A stretch of DNA of 64,000 nucleotides from Patescibacteria group bacterium (GTDB taxonomy: Bacteria; Patescibacteriota; Minisyncoccia; Phycocordibacterales; UBA1550): NCBI GenBank assembly GCA_038057125.1, contig JBBUDU010000002.1:687-64686 (forward strand). Direction: 5' to 3'. The notes under the pieces are model-generated. The model saw only the letters and a list, made by a program, of their open reading frames with translations, did no database searches and was not told the DNA's origin. Position numbers and translations under genes: made by a program. Shown here piece after piece: positions 12,070-21,429 of this stretch (position 1 is its first letter; every line of letters starts with the position of its first letter).

Positions 12070-13794
12070 CTAGAGTGTATTTATCTCCTGGAATGGCACG
12101 ATTTTATCCATACTTTTCAAAATTGCGTCCTCTTTCATTGAAATCATTCCTTTTTTACGAGTAGCTTCCCATAGGCGAACCTCTGTCGGCTCAGCCAAAA
12201 TAATCTTTTCGATATCCTTGTCCACTGGAAATACTTCAAACACCGCTAAGCGCCCGCGCGTACCCGACGAGCATTCAGAGGTTGGCTTCGCCTCATGAAG
12301 AGGTCTCGAAAGATTGAGTTTTTCCTTGAATTCTTTAGGGAGATCTTGAAACTGTTTTTCAATCATCATATTAATCGCCCCGTCATTTGGAACTTCTTTA
12401 TCACCGCCAGGACAAATCTTTTTTACGAGGCGCTGTGCGACAGAAAGTATCAAAGTGGGTGCAATAAGATAGGGGTCAATACCCATATCCACAAGACGAG
12501 GAATAGCGCCGATGGCAGTATTGGTGTGAAGTGTTGAAAGCACGAGGTGCCCCGTAAGAGCAGCCTGAATGGCAAGCTGTGCTGTTTCGGCATCACGAAT
12601 TTCACCAACCATGATAATGTCGGGGTCCTGACGCAGTGTGGTGCGAAGCCCGGCGGCAAATGTATACCCAATCTCCGAACGCACTTGGGACTGATTAATT
12701 CCCGACATATTGTACTCAACTGGATCCTCGAGTGAGACGATATTTTTTGTTTCCTTGTCGAGTTCATTCAACATTGAATAAAGAGTGGTTGACTTACCGG
12801 ACCCTGTGGGTCCCGTGATGAGGATGATCCCGTACGGACGCGCGAGAGCGCTTCGTACAAGAGCGAGGTGCTCAGGTCGGAACCCGATATCGTCAAGCTT
12901 CTGAACCCCTTTTTGCGTATCCAAAATACGCATTACAACTTTTTCCCCATAATACGCGGGAAATGTAGAGACGCGAAAATCGATTTTTCGTCCATCGATA
13001 CGCGCCGAGAATCGCCCGTCTTGAGGCTTGCGTTTTTCGTCAAGCTTGAGAGATGCAAGTATTTTAATACGCGCCACCACCGAGCTGTGCACATCGACAG
13101 GAAGAATGAGACTTGTAAAAAGCTCGCCGTCAACACGGAAACGCACGCGTACATTCTCGCCAGTGTGTTCAATATGAACATCAGATGCTCCGCCTTCTGT
13201 TGCGTGACGCAAAATAACCGCGGTAATCTTTGCCACGGGGGCATCCTCCACGACATGCGCTTCTTTTTTTGCACCAGCACCGCCTTTTTCAGTGTTTTTC
13301 TTAAGAAGAGCTTCTTTGTCGACGTCAATTATGTCAACCTCGAGCTCCGAAAGCGCCTTTGTCACTTCTCCCGTGAGTCCGCGATAGCTTTCAAGAATCA
13401 CCTTCAGGTCTTCGTTTGATATGAGAAATATCTTGAAAGGCATCCCGAGTTTCGTCGCGATAAACTGCAATGCGTCGCGAGCTTCGATGTTTTCGGGATC
13501 TGTGATACCAATCTCAAGAACCTCGTCCACCACCCCTATTGGAGCAAAGCGATAATGCGAAGCGGAGTCTTCGGGAATATATTTTAAAATTTCAAAATCT
13601 ACACCCTTGCCTTTTAGTTCGCGCGTAGGCAGGTTGAAATAAAGCCCGCGTCCTTTCAAAATATTTTCTTTTGTCACCCCTGCTTTTGAAAGTACTTCGT
13701 CTATCGCCTCTCCGTCATTCAAACGCTTCAAGAGCGCCGGGACTGAGTCCTTTTTTATGATACCGTGAAGCGCGAATGTGTCGAGGATTGCCAT
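12070..13794 (-). CDS. pilB: Pilus assembly ATPase (GspE/PilB)
   Basis: ASDVHIE, PQDGRF, GPTGSGKSTT, LRQDPDIIMVGEIRD. Confidence 0.95.
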   Translation of the reverse strand: MAILDTFALHGIIKKDSVPALLKRLNDGEAIDEVLSKAGVTKENILKGRGLYFNLPTRELKGKGVDFEILKYIPEDSASHYRFAPIGVVDEVLEIGITDPENIEARDALQFIATKLGMPFKIFLISNEDLKVILESYRGLTGEVTKALSELEVDIIDVDKEALLKKNTEKGGAGAKKEAHVVEDAPVAKITAVILRHATEGGASDVHIEHTGENVRVRFRVDGELFTSLILPVDVHSSVVARIKILASLKLDEKRKPQDGRFSARIDGRKIDFRVSTFPAYYGEKVVMRILDTQKGVQKLDDIGFRPEHLALVRSALARPYGIILITGPTGSGKSTTLYSMLNELDKETKNIVSLEDPVEYNMSGINQSQVRSEIGYTFAAGLRTTLRQDPDIIMVGEIRDAETAQLAIQAALTGHLVLSTLHTNTAIGAIPRLVDMGIDPYLIAPTLILSVAQRLVKKICPGGDKEVPNDGAINMMIEKQFQDLPKEFKEKLNLSRPLHEAKPTSECSSGTRGRLAVFEVFPVDKDIEKIILAEPTEVRLWEATRKKGMISMKEDAILKSMDKIVPFQEINTL

Positions 13795-13803
13795 GGAGCA
13801 TGT

Positions 13804-14178
13804 TTAACGGGTTAACGGCTGTTCTCCAATAACTTTCATTTTTAATTTCCATGCGGTAATAACGAACGGGTTTGGTCTACCCACTGCCTCGCTCGGTATG
13901 GCAACGGTAAAGTCTTGTAGGCTTTTAAATGCAGGCGAGTCAAAAATAAGTCTCGAACCAGATACTGCGCGCTCCAAATCACCAAGGTCCCTAACAGTAT
14001 AGTCAATCTCTGCGCCGATGGATGCCGTATTTTCGGCAATTTTTGCAATCGAGGCAATTTTGTCAGTAAGGGCGGTATCTTTCTTCACAAAAACAAAATA
14101 TCCGACAACTAAGACTCCCCCTAAAACGACTACGGTCAATATGTTTATCAAAATCGATTTTGTTTTTTCCTTTTGCAT
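13804..14178 (-). CDS. Pilus-associated membrane protein (PilP position)
   Basis: N-terminal TM, GRPNPF motif, follows the pilM/N/O-like genes. Confidence 0.65.
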   Translation of the reverse strand: MQKEKTKSILINILTVVVLGGVLVVGYFVFVKKDTALTDKIASIAKIAENTASIGAEIDYTVRDLGDLERAVSGSRLIFDSPAFKSLQDFTVAIPSEAVGRPNPFVITAWKLKMKVIGEQPLTR

Positions 14179-14182
14179 ATAA

Positions 14183-14854
14183 TTATTTAAGTGAGTAGGT
14201 TTCTACTGTTACTGTATATTTGTAAATCGGAGACGACACCACCTTTAATTTTGAATCGCTCGGTAACATGATAAAAGAAACAGATGTTATATCGATTAGC
14301 CCCAGGCTTTTTTCAAGATCATTTAAAAAGAGCTGTGCTGTCTCGTATGAAGTGGTGAAGGAGAAACTTGCCTTTGTGTTTATGTATTTTTTGTCGGACG
14401 AAGTCGTAGAGTCGAGATTCCTCTCAGTTTGTCCTTGCGCTTGATTTATTTTTGCACCCAAAGACACTGTGTTTACGAGCCCCTGCGTGGCGCTAATAGC
14501 GCCTGGTGCAGTACTCTTGGGCGAAGCATTTGCAGGCTCGTCCACCTTGATGTCCGACAGAATAATTCTGTTCTTTCTACCGATATATTGAATATTGTTT
14601 GCAAAACGAACCGTATCAATTTTTTCCGGAAGAAAAACTTCAAAACGGGCGCTCTCGGAAGGATCGATGCTACTCAAGTTTTTCTTGGTTTTATCGATTA
14701 ACATTTTAATCTCACCGGATGTATTGAGAATCTTAGAAAGAGATACAATATCACCTCGACGCTCCTTATTGAGGTCGTACGCCGGTACGACATAAAAAAA
14801 TGCGAAACCGAGGGATAGTATTATTGTAATAAATGAGACGATTGGTTTAGTCAT
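14183..14854 (-). CDS. PilO-like protein
   Basis: N-terminal TM; FLNDLEKSLGLIDIT; position in the pilMNO block. Confidence 0.75.
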   Translation of the reverse strand: MTKPIVSFITIILSLGFAFFYVVPAYDLNKERRGDIVSLSKILNTSGEIKMLIDKTKKNLSSIDPSESARFEVFLPEKIDTVRFANNIQYIGRKNRIILSDIKVDEPANASPKSTAPGAISATQGLVNTVSLGAKINQAQGQTERNLDSTTSSDKKYINTKASFSFTTSYETAQLFLNDLEKSLGLIDITSVSFIMLPSDSKLKVVSSPIYKYTVTVETYSLK

Positions 14855-14863
14855 ATTAGTATG

Positions 14864-15724
14864 TTACCAAAATTTAAGCTTCGACCAGAGCGACATTAAA
14901 AAAGATTGCTTCTCTGTGACCGTTGGGGTCGTTGCCACATCGCGTTCCCCCGCCGTCTGATCGCTTGCCGTATTGCCATCTCTGGTAGGAGGAATACTGT
15001 CAGGCTCTGTGGCAGACACTGGCGACTCTATTGAAGCTTCAAATGCTGGTGGAGTGGCAATTGGAGCTTTTAAATTTATAATGGTTGTCGTTGCAACAGA
15101 CACATCGGCTTGAAGTGTTGGAACATTGAAACTACTTACATTGTTTACATACAATAAATAATCAGGTGAAAAGGTCATAACAAGAGTGAATGTAACCGTG
15201 CCGTATTTTGTAAGACTCACGTCACGCACCAAAAACGATGAGAGATCTTTAGTTTGATTACGGAAAATATCTGATTGGTACGCAAGTGCCGAATATGTTG
15301 GCGCTTCACCGGAAATCTCAAGCGTCGAACCATCAGAACTTTTCCTGAAAGAAAACTTCTCGTACAAAACACTTTCAGTTGTATTTTTTGACAAAAACGC
15401 AAACAGAGGAGACACTACCGCATGTGTGCTTAAAAGTTTGCGCGCAAGCAGGGCGCGTGCGCGAAACACCTTTGCTCCTGAAACCTCTGTGTTATCGATT
15501 AATTCTTTTTGCGCCGATTTTATTTCAATTGTTTTTGCTGCTACCTCTTGGTTCAATATATCGTTGTGATAATATAAACCTGCGTAAGCGCCGACAACTG
15601 AAACAAAGGCAATACCGGCAATAAACCCAAGCGCGCTCCTAGGACGGCGCCTCTCCAAAAAAGACTCCTCTCGAACGAGCGACCCTTTTGGAATGAACGA
15701 AATTTTTGGGTTGTTACCTTCCAT
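14864..15724 (-). CDS. PilN-like protein
   Basis: SFIPK N-terminus, TM, coiled coil, ISGEAPTYSALAYQ; low-complexity C-terminal tail. Confidence 0.75.
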   Translation of the reverse strand: MEGNNPKISFIPKGSLVREESFLERRRPRSALGFIAGIAFVSVVGAYAGLYYHNDILNQEVAAKTIEIKSAQKELIDNTEVSGAKVFRARALLARKLLSTHAVVSPLFAFLSKNTTESVLYEKFSFRKSSDGSTLEISGEAPTYSALAYQSDIFRNQTKDLSSFLVRDVSLTKYGTVTFTLVMTFSPDYLLYVNNVSSFNVPTLQADVSVATTTIINLKAPIATPPAFEASIESPVSATEPDSIPPTRDGNTASDQTAGERDVATTPTVTEKQSFLMSLWSKLKFW

Positions 15725-15756
15725 AATTATTCTTCTTTATTATACTATGTTTATTA

Positions 15757-16893
15757 TCACTCTTCCAGTCCTTTTAGCGCAATACCGATAGCAACCGCAA
15801 AATTTGGGCTCAACTCTTTCAGTGTTGAAGACAAGAACGCCGGCGTATCGACACGCGCAAACGGGTCACCGAGAACTATCGAGGCACCTCGGAAATTTTG
15901 CGCCACCGTTTTCTCTATACCTTTTAATCGCGCGCCACCACCGACCAAGATGACTTTTGAAATCTTTGTATTATATTTTCGTTCATAGTTTTCCGAGAAC
16001 CGAGATGCTTCGTTCATAATGTTCGCAAGGATAAGCTCCGCAACCACAGTGACATCTCGTCCGTCATCGTCTCCCGTCATACCAGCGCGGCACTTTATTT
16101 CTTCAGCTTGGTCAAAAGAAAGTTGGCGTGAACGAGAGAGCGCAAGCGTGATGTCCTGCCCACCCGAGGAGATTACATGCGAACCGCGCACTATCCCCTC
16201 ATCCACCAATGCAAGCTTTGTACTCCCAGCGCCGATGTCAATAACGAGTGCCGACAGGAGGTCGCGACCAACTACTGCGCGAAGAGTACTAAATATTTCA
16301 ATCTCAAAATTCGCCTCTTCTCCTGGGATATATGCGTCGCGTTTGATTAATTCATATTTTTTAATAATCTCGTTATGAATCGCGGCAATAATGACTTCAA
16401 TCTTTCCGATTTGTTTTGCTACGGTGGCCTCGGTTGCAACCGCTGATGGAACTTTTGTTTCTGTTTTGCGCTTTGGCAACACCCACCAGTCGAGCGAGAC
16501 TTCGCTTATTGGTACGGGAATGTACCGCCTTGCTTCTATGGGAATCATCGATTGAAGCTCTTTACTACCAATATCTGGAAACTCAACAACCGTGAGCAAG
16601 CTTGCGCTGAAAGGAATGGCCATGAGCGCGTGATTGGCGACAATCCCTGTTTCTTTTAAAATATCTCGAAGGGCTTCCGCGATTTTTTCTTCAGGAAGAT
16701 TAGTCGCTTGTCCTGAGGATTTCCCGCCACGGGGACCCAGAGCAATCTCACCGTAGTTTCGCAAAACTACCCTTTCTTCGACTTTTTCAATTGCAATAAC
16801 CTTAATAGATGACGAGCCAATATCTATGCCGAGGATTACCCCTTCATTTCCCGACGAAAAAACTTTTTTGAGTGATTCTAAAATTGAAGCCAT
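15757..16893 (-). CDS. pilM: Type IV pilus assembly actin-like protein
   Basis: GIDIGSSSIK, IDIGAGST, LVGGGARL, AVAIGIAL; start taken at MASILES. Confidence 0.93.
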   Translation of the reverse strand: MASILESLKKVFSSGNEGVILGIDIGSSSIKVIAIEKVEERVVLRNYGEIALGPRGGKSSGQATNLPEEKIAEALRDILKETGIVANHALMAIPFSASLLTVVEFPDIGSKELQSMIPIEARRYIPVPISEVSLDWWVLPKRKTETKVPSAVATEATVAKQIGKIEVIIAAIHNEIIKKYELIKRDAYIPGEEANFEIEIFSTLRAVVGRDLLSALVIDIGAGSTKLALVDEGIVRGSHVISSGGQDITLALSRSRQLSFDQAEEIKCRAGMTGDDDGRDVTVVAELILANIMNEASRFSENYERKYNTKISKVILVGGGARLKGIEKTVAQNFRGASIVLGDPFARVDTPAFLSSTLKELSPNFAVAIGIALKGLEE

Positions 16894-16951
16894 AATGTAA
16901 GGTATAATGAGTAGTATATCATGGAAAATGAAATCCTCCGTACCCGCAAAC

Positions 16952-17626
16952 ATGAAAGTTATCCACAAGCACTTACTATTATCCACATTCACACGCCTCG
17001 TTGATGCCTTATTCCCTCGCGTGTGCGAAGGATGTGGGAAAAGCGGCGTTATTTTATGCGAAAACTGCGCCGGAAACATCCCAAGAGCTCAAAAATCCGA
17101 ATACTCATTCATTACGTCTATTTTTGATTATAGAAACCCAATTATCCGCGGGGTGGTTTGGAAATTTAAATACAAGAACGCGCGCGTGGTCGCAAAATGT
17201 TTTGGAGAGAAACTTTATGAGGAAATACTGGGCGACTTGGGCGACCGCCTCCACATCTCTCAGGAAGAAACTTTTTTACTCGTGCCTATTCCACTTCACA
17301 AAAAACGTTTGAGCGAGCGAGGATACAACCAGAGCGAGCTTCTCGCGCGGGAGATTATAAAATACGACACGGGAAAAATACTCCAGCTCGCACCTAAAGC
17401 GATCATCCGCAAAGAGAAAACTTTGCCACAAGCAAAGAAAGAAAAACGTGCCGCCCGTTTTGAAAACCTACGCGGGGCGTTTGTGGCAATCCCAGAGCTC
17501 GTGCGCGGGAAACACATTGTTCTCATTGATGACGTCACTACCACAGGAGCAACACTCACAGAAGCGCGCAAGGCACTTCTGAAGGCTGGCGCCAAAACAG
17601 TGCGCGCATACGCAGTGGCTCACTAG
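16952..17626 (+). CDS. comF: ComF family competence protein (Zn ribbon + PRTase)
   Basis: CxxC..CxxC, VPIPLH, RGYNQS, LIDDVTTTGAT. Confidence 0.93.
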   Translation: MKVIHKHLLLSTFTRLVDALFPRVCEGCGKSGVILCENCAGNIPRAQKSEYSFITSIFDYRNPIIRGVVWKFKYKNARVVAKCFGEKLYEEILGDLGDRLHISQEETFLLVPIPLHKKRLSERGYNQSELLAREIIKYDTGKILQLAPKAIIRKEKTLPQAKKEKRAARFENLRGAFVAIPELVRGKHIVLIDDVTTTGATLTEARKALLKAGAKTVRAYAVAH

Positions 17627-17680
17627 AGAAAACACACACCACCAATACAAAAACTCCCTTAGCGGGAGCTTTTTTGTATT

Positions 17681-17814
17681 TGCGGAGACGGAGGTTCATC
17701 GGTCACGAGTTACTAATTCGCTACGCTCATAAGTACTCTCGACCCCGGCTTGGCGACAAGCACTCACTTCGTTCGTCTTGTGTACCGCCTCCGCCTTTCG
17801 AATCCCTCCGTCTC
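17681..17814 (-). repeat. tRNA-Ser 3'-end copies enclosing a family E (T-loop) element
   Basis: Inverted tRNA 3' copy 17797-17814, direct copy 17681-17694; unit ends GTGACCGATGAACC as behind tmRNA. Confidence 0.8.
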
Positions 17815-17859
17815 TCGCAAAACTTTAAAACCCCAAGGCTGTCGCCTTGGGGTTTTGTT

Positions 17860-17949
17860 TGGCGGAGACGGAGGGATTCGAACCCTCGAGGGGTTTTATC
17901 CCCTGCCTCGTTAGCAGTGAGGTACCTTCGGCCTCTCGGTCACGTCTCC
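17860..17949 (-). tRNA. tRNA-Ser(GCT)
   Basis: GGAGACG...CTGCTAA anticodon loop, long variable arm, GGTTCGAATCC, encoded CCA. Confidence 0.96.
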
Positions 17950-18023
17950 ATTGTTTTTCAAATTTTGCAGGAGAAACAAGAAAACCTTATCATACTCCAC
18001 TCTATTTTGCTATAATGCTCAGT

Positions 18024-18596
18024 ATGCACCATAACCTCACCATAACCGACAAAATACTAGCGAAGACTCTCCTGCCACTTATTCCGTATTGGATGACACC
18101 AAACATAGTTTCGTGGCTACGACTTGCAAGCATTCCGTTCGTTGGATATTTCCTGTGGAACGAAAATTACGCGATTGCGCTTCCTCTATTTTTCGTTTCC
18201 GCATTTTCTGACGCGGTAGACGGCTCGCTTGCGCGCACGAGAAACCTTGTCTCTGATTTTGGGAAAATGTTTGACCCGCTCGCCGACAAGCTCCTCATAG
18301 CAACAGCCGCGATTATCCTCATACCGCAGTATCTAGGATGGAGCATCGTACTTGCCATCGTTACCATAGAGCTCACACTTATCGCAAGCGCCTATGTGCA
18401 GAAAACGTATTACGGAAAAACAATCCAAGCAGAAAATACCGGCAAACTCAAAATGATTCTGCAGTCACTCGGCATCGGCGCACTCCTTATTTATATTATT
18501 TGGAACATCGGTCTGTTTCTCGCCATCGCGCAGTATTTCTTTTACGCGGCAATTTTCTTTGCACTTCTCTCTCTAGTAGTGTATCGTGCCGTATAA
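18024..18596 (+). CDS. CDP-alcohol phosphatidyltransferase (PgsA-like)
   Basis: TPN..SWLRL, SDAVDGSLAR...GKMFDPLADK signature. Confidence 0.92.
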   Translation: MHHNLTITDKILAKTLLPLIPYWMTPNIVSWLRLASIPFVGYFLWNENYAIALPLFFVSAFSDAVDGSLARTRNLVSDFGKMFDPLADKLLIATAAIILIPQYLGWSIVLAIVTIELTLIASAYVQKTYYGKTIQAENTGKLKMILQSLGIGALLIYIIWNIGLFLAIAQYFFYAAIFFALLSLVVYRAV

Positions 18597-20604
18597 CAAA
18601 GTTATGCACCGCATTCCATACACCCCAAAAGATTTCGCGTGGACAAAATGGTCCGCGTCGGACATTAAAGCGCTTCCAGCAAAAATTATCGCCGAGAAAA
18701 AAGCGAGGCTTGCCAATGTCGCAAAAATAAGAAAAGGGGCTCACACTTTTGAAAACACGATATATGCCCTTGAATCTTCAGACTATGGGATTTCCGAAAC
18801 TGTTCTCAAAATAGACCTTCTGCAAAATGTATCGCCCAAAAAGACCATCCGCGACACCGCAAAGCGCACAATAGAATCCATTGAAAAACAAATGATTCGT
18901 ATTGAACGCGACCCAAAAATCTGGGAAGCACTCAAGGACTACAAGAATGGTGCGTGGAAAAAAGAACAAAAAAGTCTTGCTCCGGAAGACAAAAAATTGT
19001 TCCATGATATGTTTCTTGCCTACAAACGCATGGGTTTTGACCTCGCACCCGAAAAACAAAAACGCATAAAAGAGATAACAGAGCGCCTTTCAAAACTTTC
19101 AAACGAATTCCGCCACAACATCAATAGTTACGAGGACTATATTACAGTCACCGAAAAAGAAATGTCTGGACTCACGAAGCGCTACACTTCCGGGCTCAAG
19201 CGCGACAGAAAAGGAAACTACATCGTTACACTCGCATATCCAGACTATGTTCCATTTATGGAGCTCGCACAAAATGAAAACAAACGCAAAGAGCTCAACA
19301 ATAAATATTTACAAAAGGGTGGAAAGAAAAATATGAAGGTACTCGGCGAGATGCTTCGCCTACGCGCCGAAAAGGCGCGGATTCTCGGCTACAAAACACA
19401 CGCCGACTACAAGACCGAGCTTCGCATGGCAAAATCAGGAAAAACTGCGTTTGATTTTGAAATGTCGCTTCTCAAAAAAGTCGAGCATGGTGGAAAACAC
19501 GACCTTGATGAACTTCGTGACCTCAAGCGCGCGATTACTAAAAATCTTCACGCCGAGCTTTTCCCTCATGATATAGCCTACTATGGCCACGAGCTCCAAA
19601 AGAAACGATTCAAATTTGACAGCGAAGAGGTACGCGCATACTTCCCTCTTGATCGTGTGCTCACGGGGACATTTAAAATTTATTCAACGCTTTTTGGTGT
19701 TACTTTTGAAAGACTAAAAGGTTTCCCGCTATGGCACCCTGATGCCGCACTGTACGCCATAAAAACATCTCAAGGAAAAACCATTTCCTACTTTGCGCTT
19801 GACCTTCACCCGCGCGAAGGCAAGTACGGACATGCGGCGGCATTTGGCATCATAGGCGGACGCGATGCTTCATTTACGAGCAATAAGTACATCCCGCCTT
19901 TTGCTTCCATGGTTACCAATTTCACAAAACCTACTGCAAAAAATCCATCTCTTCTTTCACACGGCGAAGTTGAAACATTCCTTCATGAGTTCGGGCATAT
20001 TATGCACTATACGCTCACAACTGCGCGTTACGGCTCACAGGCGGGCTACAACACGGCATGGGACTTCGTGGAAGCTCCGTCGCAAATGCTCGAGCATTGG
20101 GCATGGAACAAAAAATCTTTGGCTATTTTGTCTGCACACCACGAAACAGGAAAACCTATTCCGCAGTCGCTTTTGAAAAATCTTATCGCGAGCGAAAACC
20201 ACCTCCTGCGATATGCAACCCTTCGCCAACTAATTCTAGGTATATTTGACCTCACACTACACTCTGGAGGACACTCACTCGAACCCGCAAAGCTCTACCG
20301 CGACCTAATGAAAAAACATACTGGTATCAATATCCCAAAGGGCGCAATTTTCCCCGCTGGTTTTGGCCACCTCGACGGCTACGATGCCGGCTACTACGGC
20401 TACCTCTGGTCAAAAGTTTACGCGGCGGATATGTTCACCCGATTTGAAAAAGAAGGAATCTTGAGTAAAAAAATAGGCGCGTTGTACAAAAAATGTATCC
20501 TCGAAAAAGGCGGAAGCCGAGAGGAACTCGAACTCGTAAAAGAATTTCTCGGGCGCATGCCATCAAATAAAGCGTTTCTCAAAGAGATTGGCATTAGCAA
20601 GTAG
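18586..20604 (+). CDS. M3 family oligopeptidase (thimet/oligopeptidase A-like)
   Basis: LDLHPREGK, HEFGH, DFVEAPSQMLE, YDAGYYGYLWS. Confidence 0.95.
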   Translation: MPYNKVMHRIPYTPKDFAWTKWSASDIKALPAKIIAEKKARLANVAKIRKGAHTFENTIYALESSDYGISETVLKIDLLQNVSPKKTIRDTAKRTIESIEKQMIRIERDPKIWEALKDYKNGAWKKEQKSLAPEDKKLFHDMFLAYKRMGFDLAPEKQKRIKEITERLSKLSNEFRHNINSYEDYITVTEKEMSGLTKRYTSGLKRDRKGNYIVTLAYPDYVPFMELAQNENKRKELNNKYLQKGGKKNMKVLGEMLRLRAEKARILGYKTHADYKTELRMAKSGKTAFDFEMSLLKKVEHGGKHDLDELRDLKRAITKNLHAELFPHDIAYYGHELQKKRFKFDSEEVRAYFPLDRVLTGTFKIYSTLFGVTFERLKGFPLWHPDAALYAIKTSQGKTISYFALDLHPREGKYGHAAAFGIIGGRDASFTSNKYIPPFASMVTNFTKPTAKNPSLLSHGEVETFLHEFGHIMHYTLTTARYGSQAGYNTAWDFVEAPSQMLEHWAWNKKSLAILSAHHETGKPIPQSLLKNLIASENHLLRYATLRQLILGIFDLTLHSGGHSLEPAKLYRDLMKKHTGINIPKGAIFPAGFGHLDGYDAGYYGYLWSKVYAADMFTRFEKEGILSKKIGALYKKCILEKGGSREELELVKEFLGRMPSNKAFLKEIGISK

Positions 20605-20690
20605 ATTCTTTATATCAGAACTTGCATGCTATAATCTAGTTAATCTTTTGTGGAGAATTCTGCGAAGAAATAATAATAATTAACATTTTT

Positions 20691-21074
20691 ATGAATAAAT
20701 ATATTTTAGGAGGAGTAGGATTGCTTATTGTTGTCTTTATAATAATTTTCATGAAGACCGACAAACCACTAGCAGTGGAAACACCGGCAAAACAAGTCGT
20801 AGCAGGACAGACGGTAACATACACCAATGAAGGGTTTGTTCCGGAAATACTTACGGTAAAAGCGGGAACGATGGTAACTTTTATCAACCAAAATGATTCG
20901 CCAATGTGGGTCGCATCTGCCAAACACCCTGACCACAAGCTTTACCCAGAGTTTGACCCTAAAACAGCTGTTCCAAAGGGTGGCTCTTATTCATTCACAT
21001 TTACAAAAGTTGGTACGCATCCGTATCACAACCACGTCCTACTTGGGAAATTCGGTAAAATTGTTGTAGAATAG
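20691..21074 (+). CDS. Exported cupredoxin-domain protein
   Basis: N-terminal TM; FVPEILTVKAGTMVTFIN, FTFTKVGTHPYHNH. Confidence 0.8.
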   Translation: MNKYILGGVGLLIVVFIIIFMKTDKPLAVETPAKQVVAGQTVTYTNEGFVPEILTVKAGTMVTFINQNDSPMWVASAKHPDHKLYPEFDPKTAVPKGGSYSFTFTKVGTHPYHNHVLLGKFGKIVVE

Positions 21075-21078
21075 TTTG

Positions 21079-21429
21079 ATGATCCATAAACACGAAAAAG
21101 CGATACTTCTGCTTAAGCTGGGGGTCGCTTTTGCGTTTATCTATCCGGCACTCTCGGGCCTCATTGACCCATCGCCGTGGATAGGCTACGTTCCTGAATG
21201 GATTGACTTATTTATGCCTAGAGAAATTTTCTTGACTATTTTTTCTCTATTTGAAATTTTCGTGGCGATTGGAGTACTCTTTTGGAACAAAGCCCTCCCT
21301 TCTGTCATTGCTGGGTTAATGCTCATTTCTATTGTTTTATTGAACAGGAGCGAATTCTCTGTTGTGTTTCGCGACCTTTCAATAGCCTTCGCTGCTTTCG
21401 CTCTCGCATTCCTCGTTAAAAAAGGATGA
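21079..21429 (+). CDS. DoxX-like membrane protein
   Basis: Four hydrophobic helices, FEI and RDL motifs. Confidence 0.65.
   Translation: MIHKHEKAILLLKLGVAFAFIYPALSGLIDPSPWIGYVPEWIDLFMPREIFLTIFSLFEIFVAIGVLFWNKALPSVIAGLMLISIVLLNRSEFSVVFRDLSIAFAAFALAFLVKKG

Noticed and set aside
17674-18015. ORFs 17674-18015, 28097-28654, 28477-28785, 33483-33983 and the 5' extensions of 17847 and 23842
   Set aside because: They run through tRNA, tmRNA or repeat DNA, or antisense to real genes; shadow ORFs.
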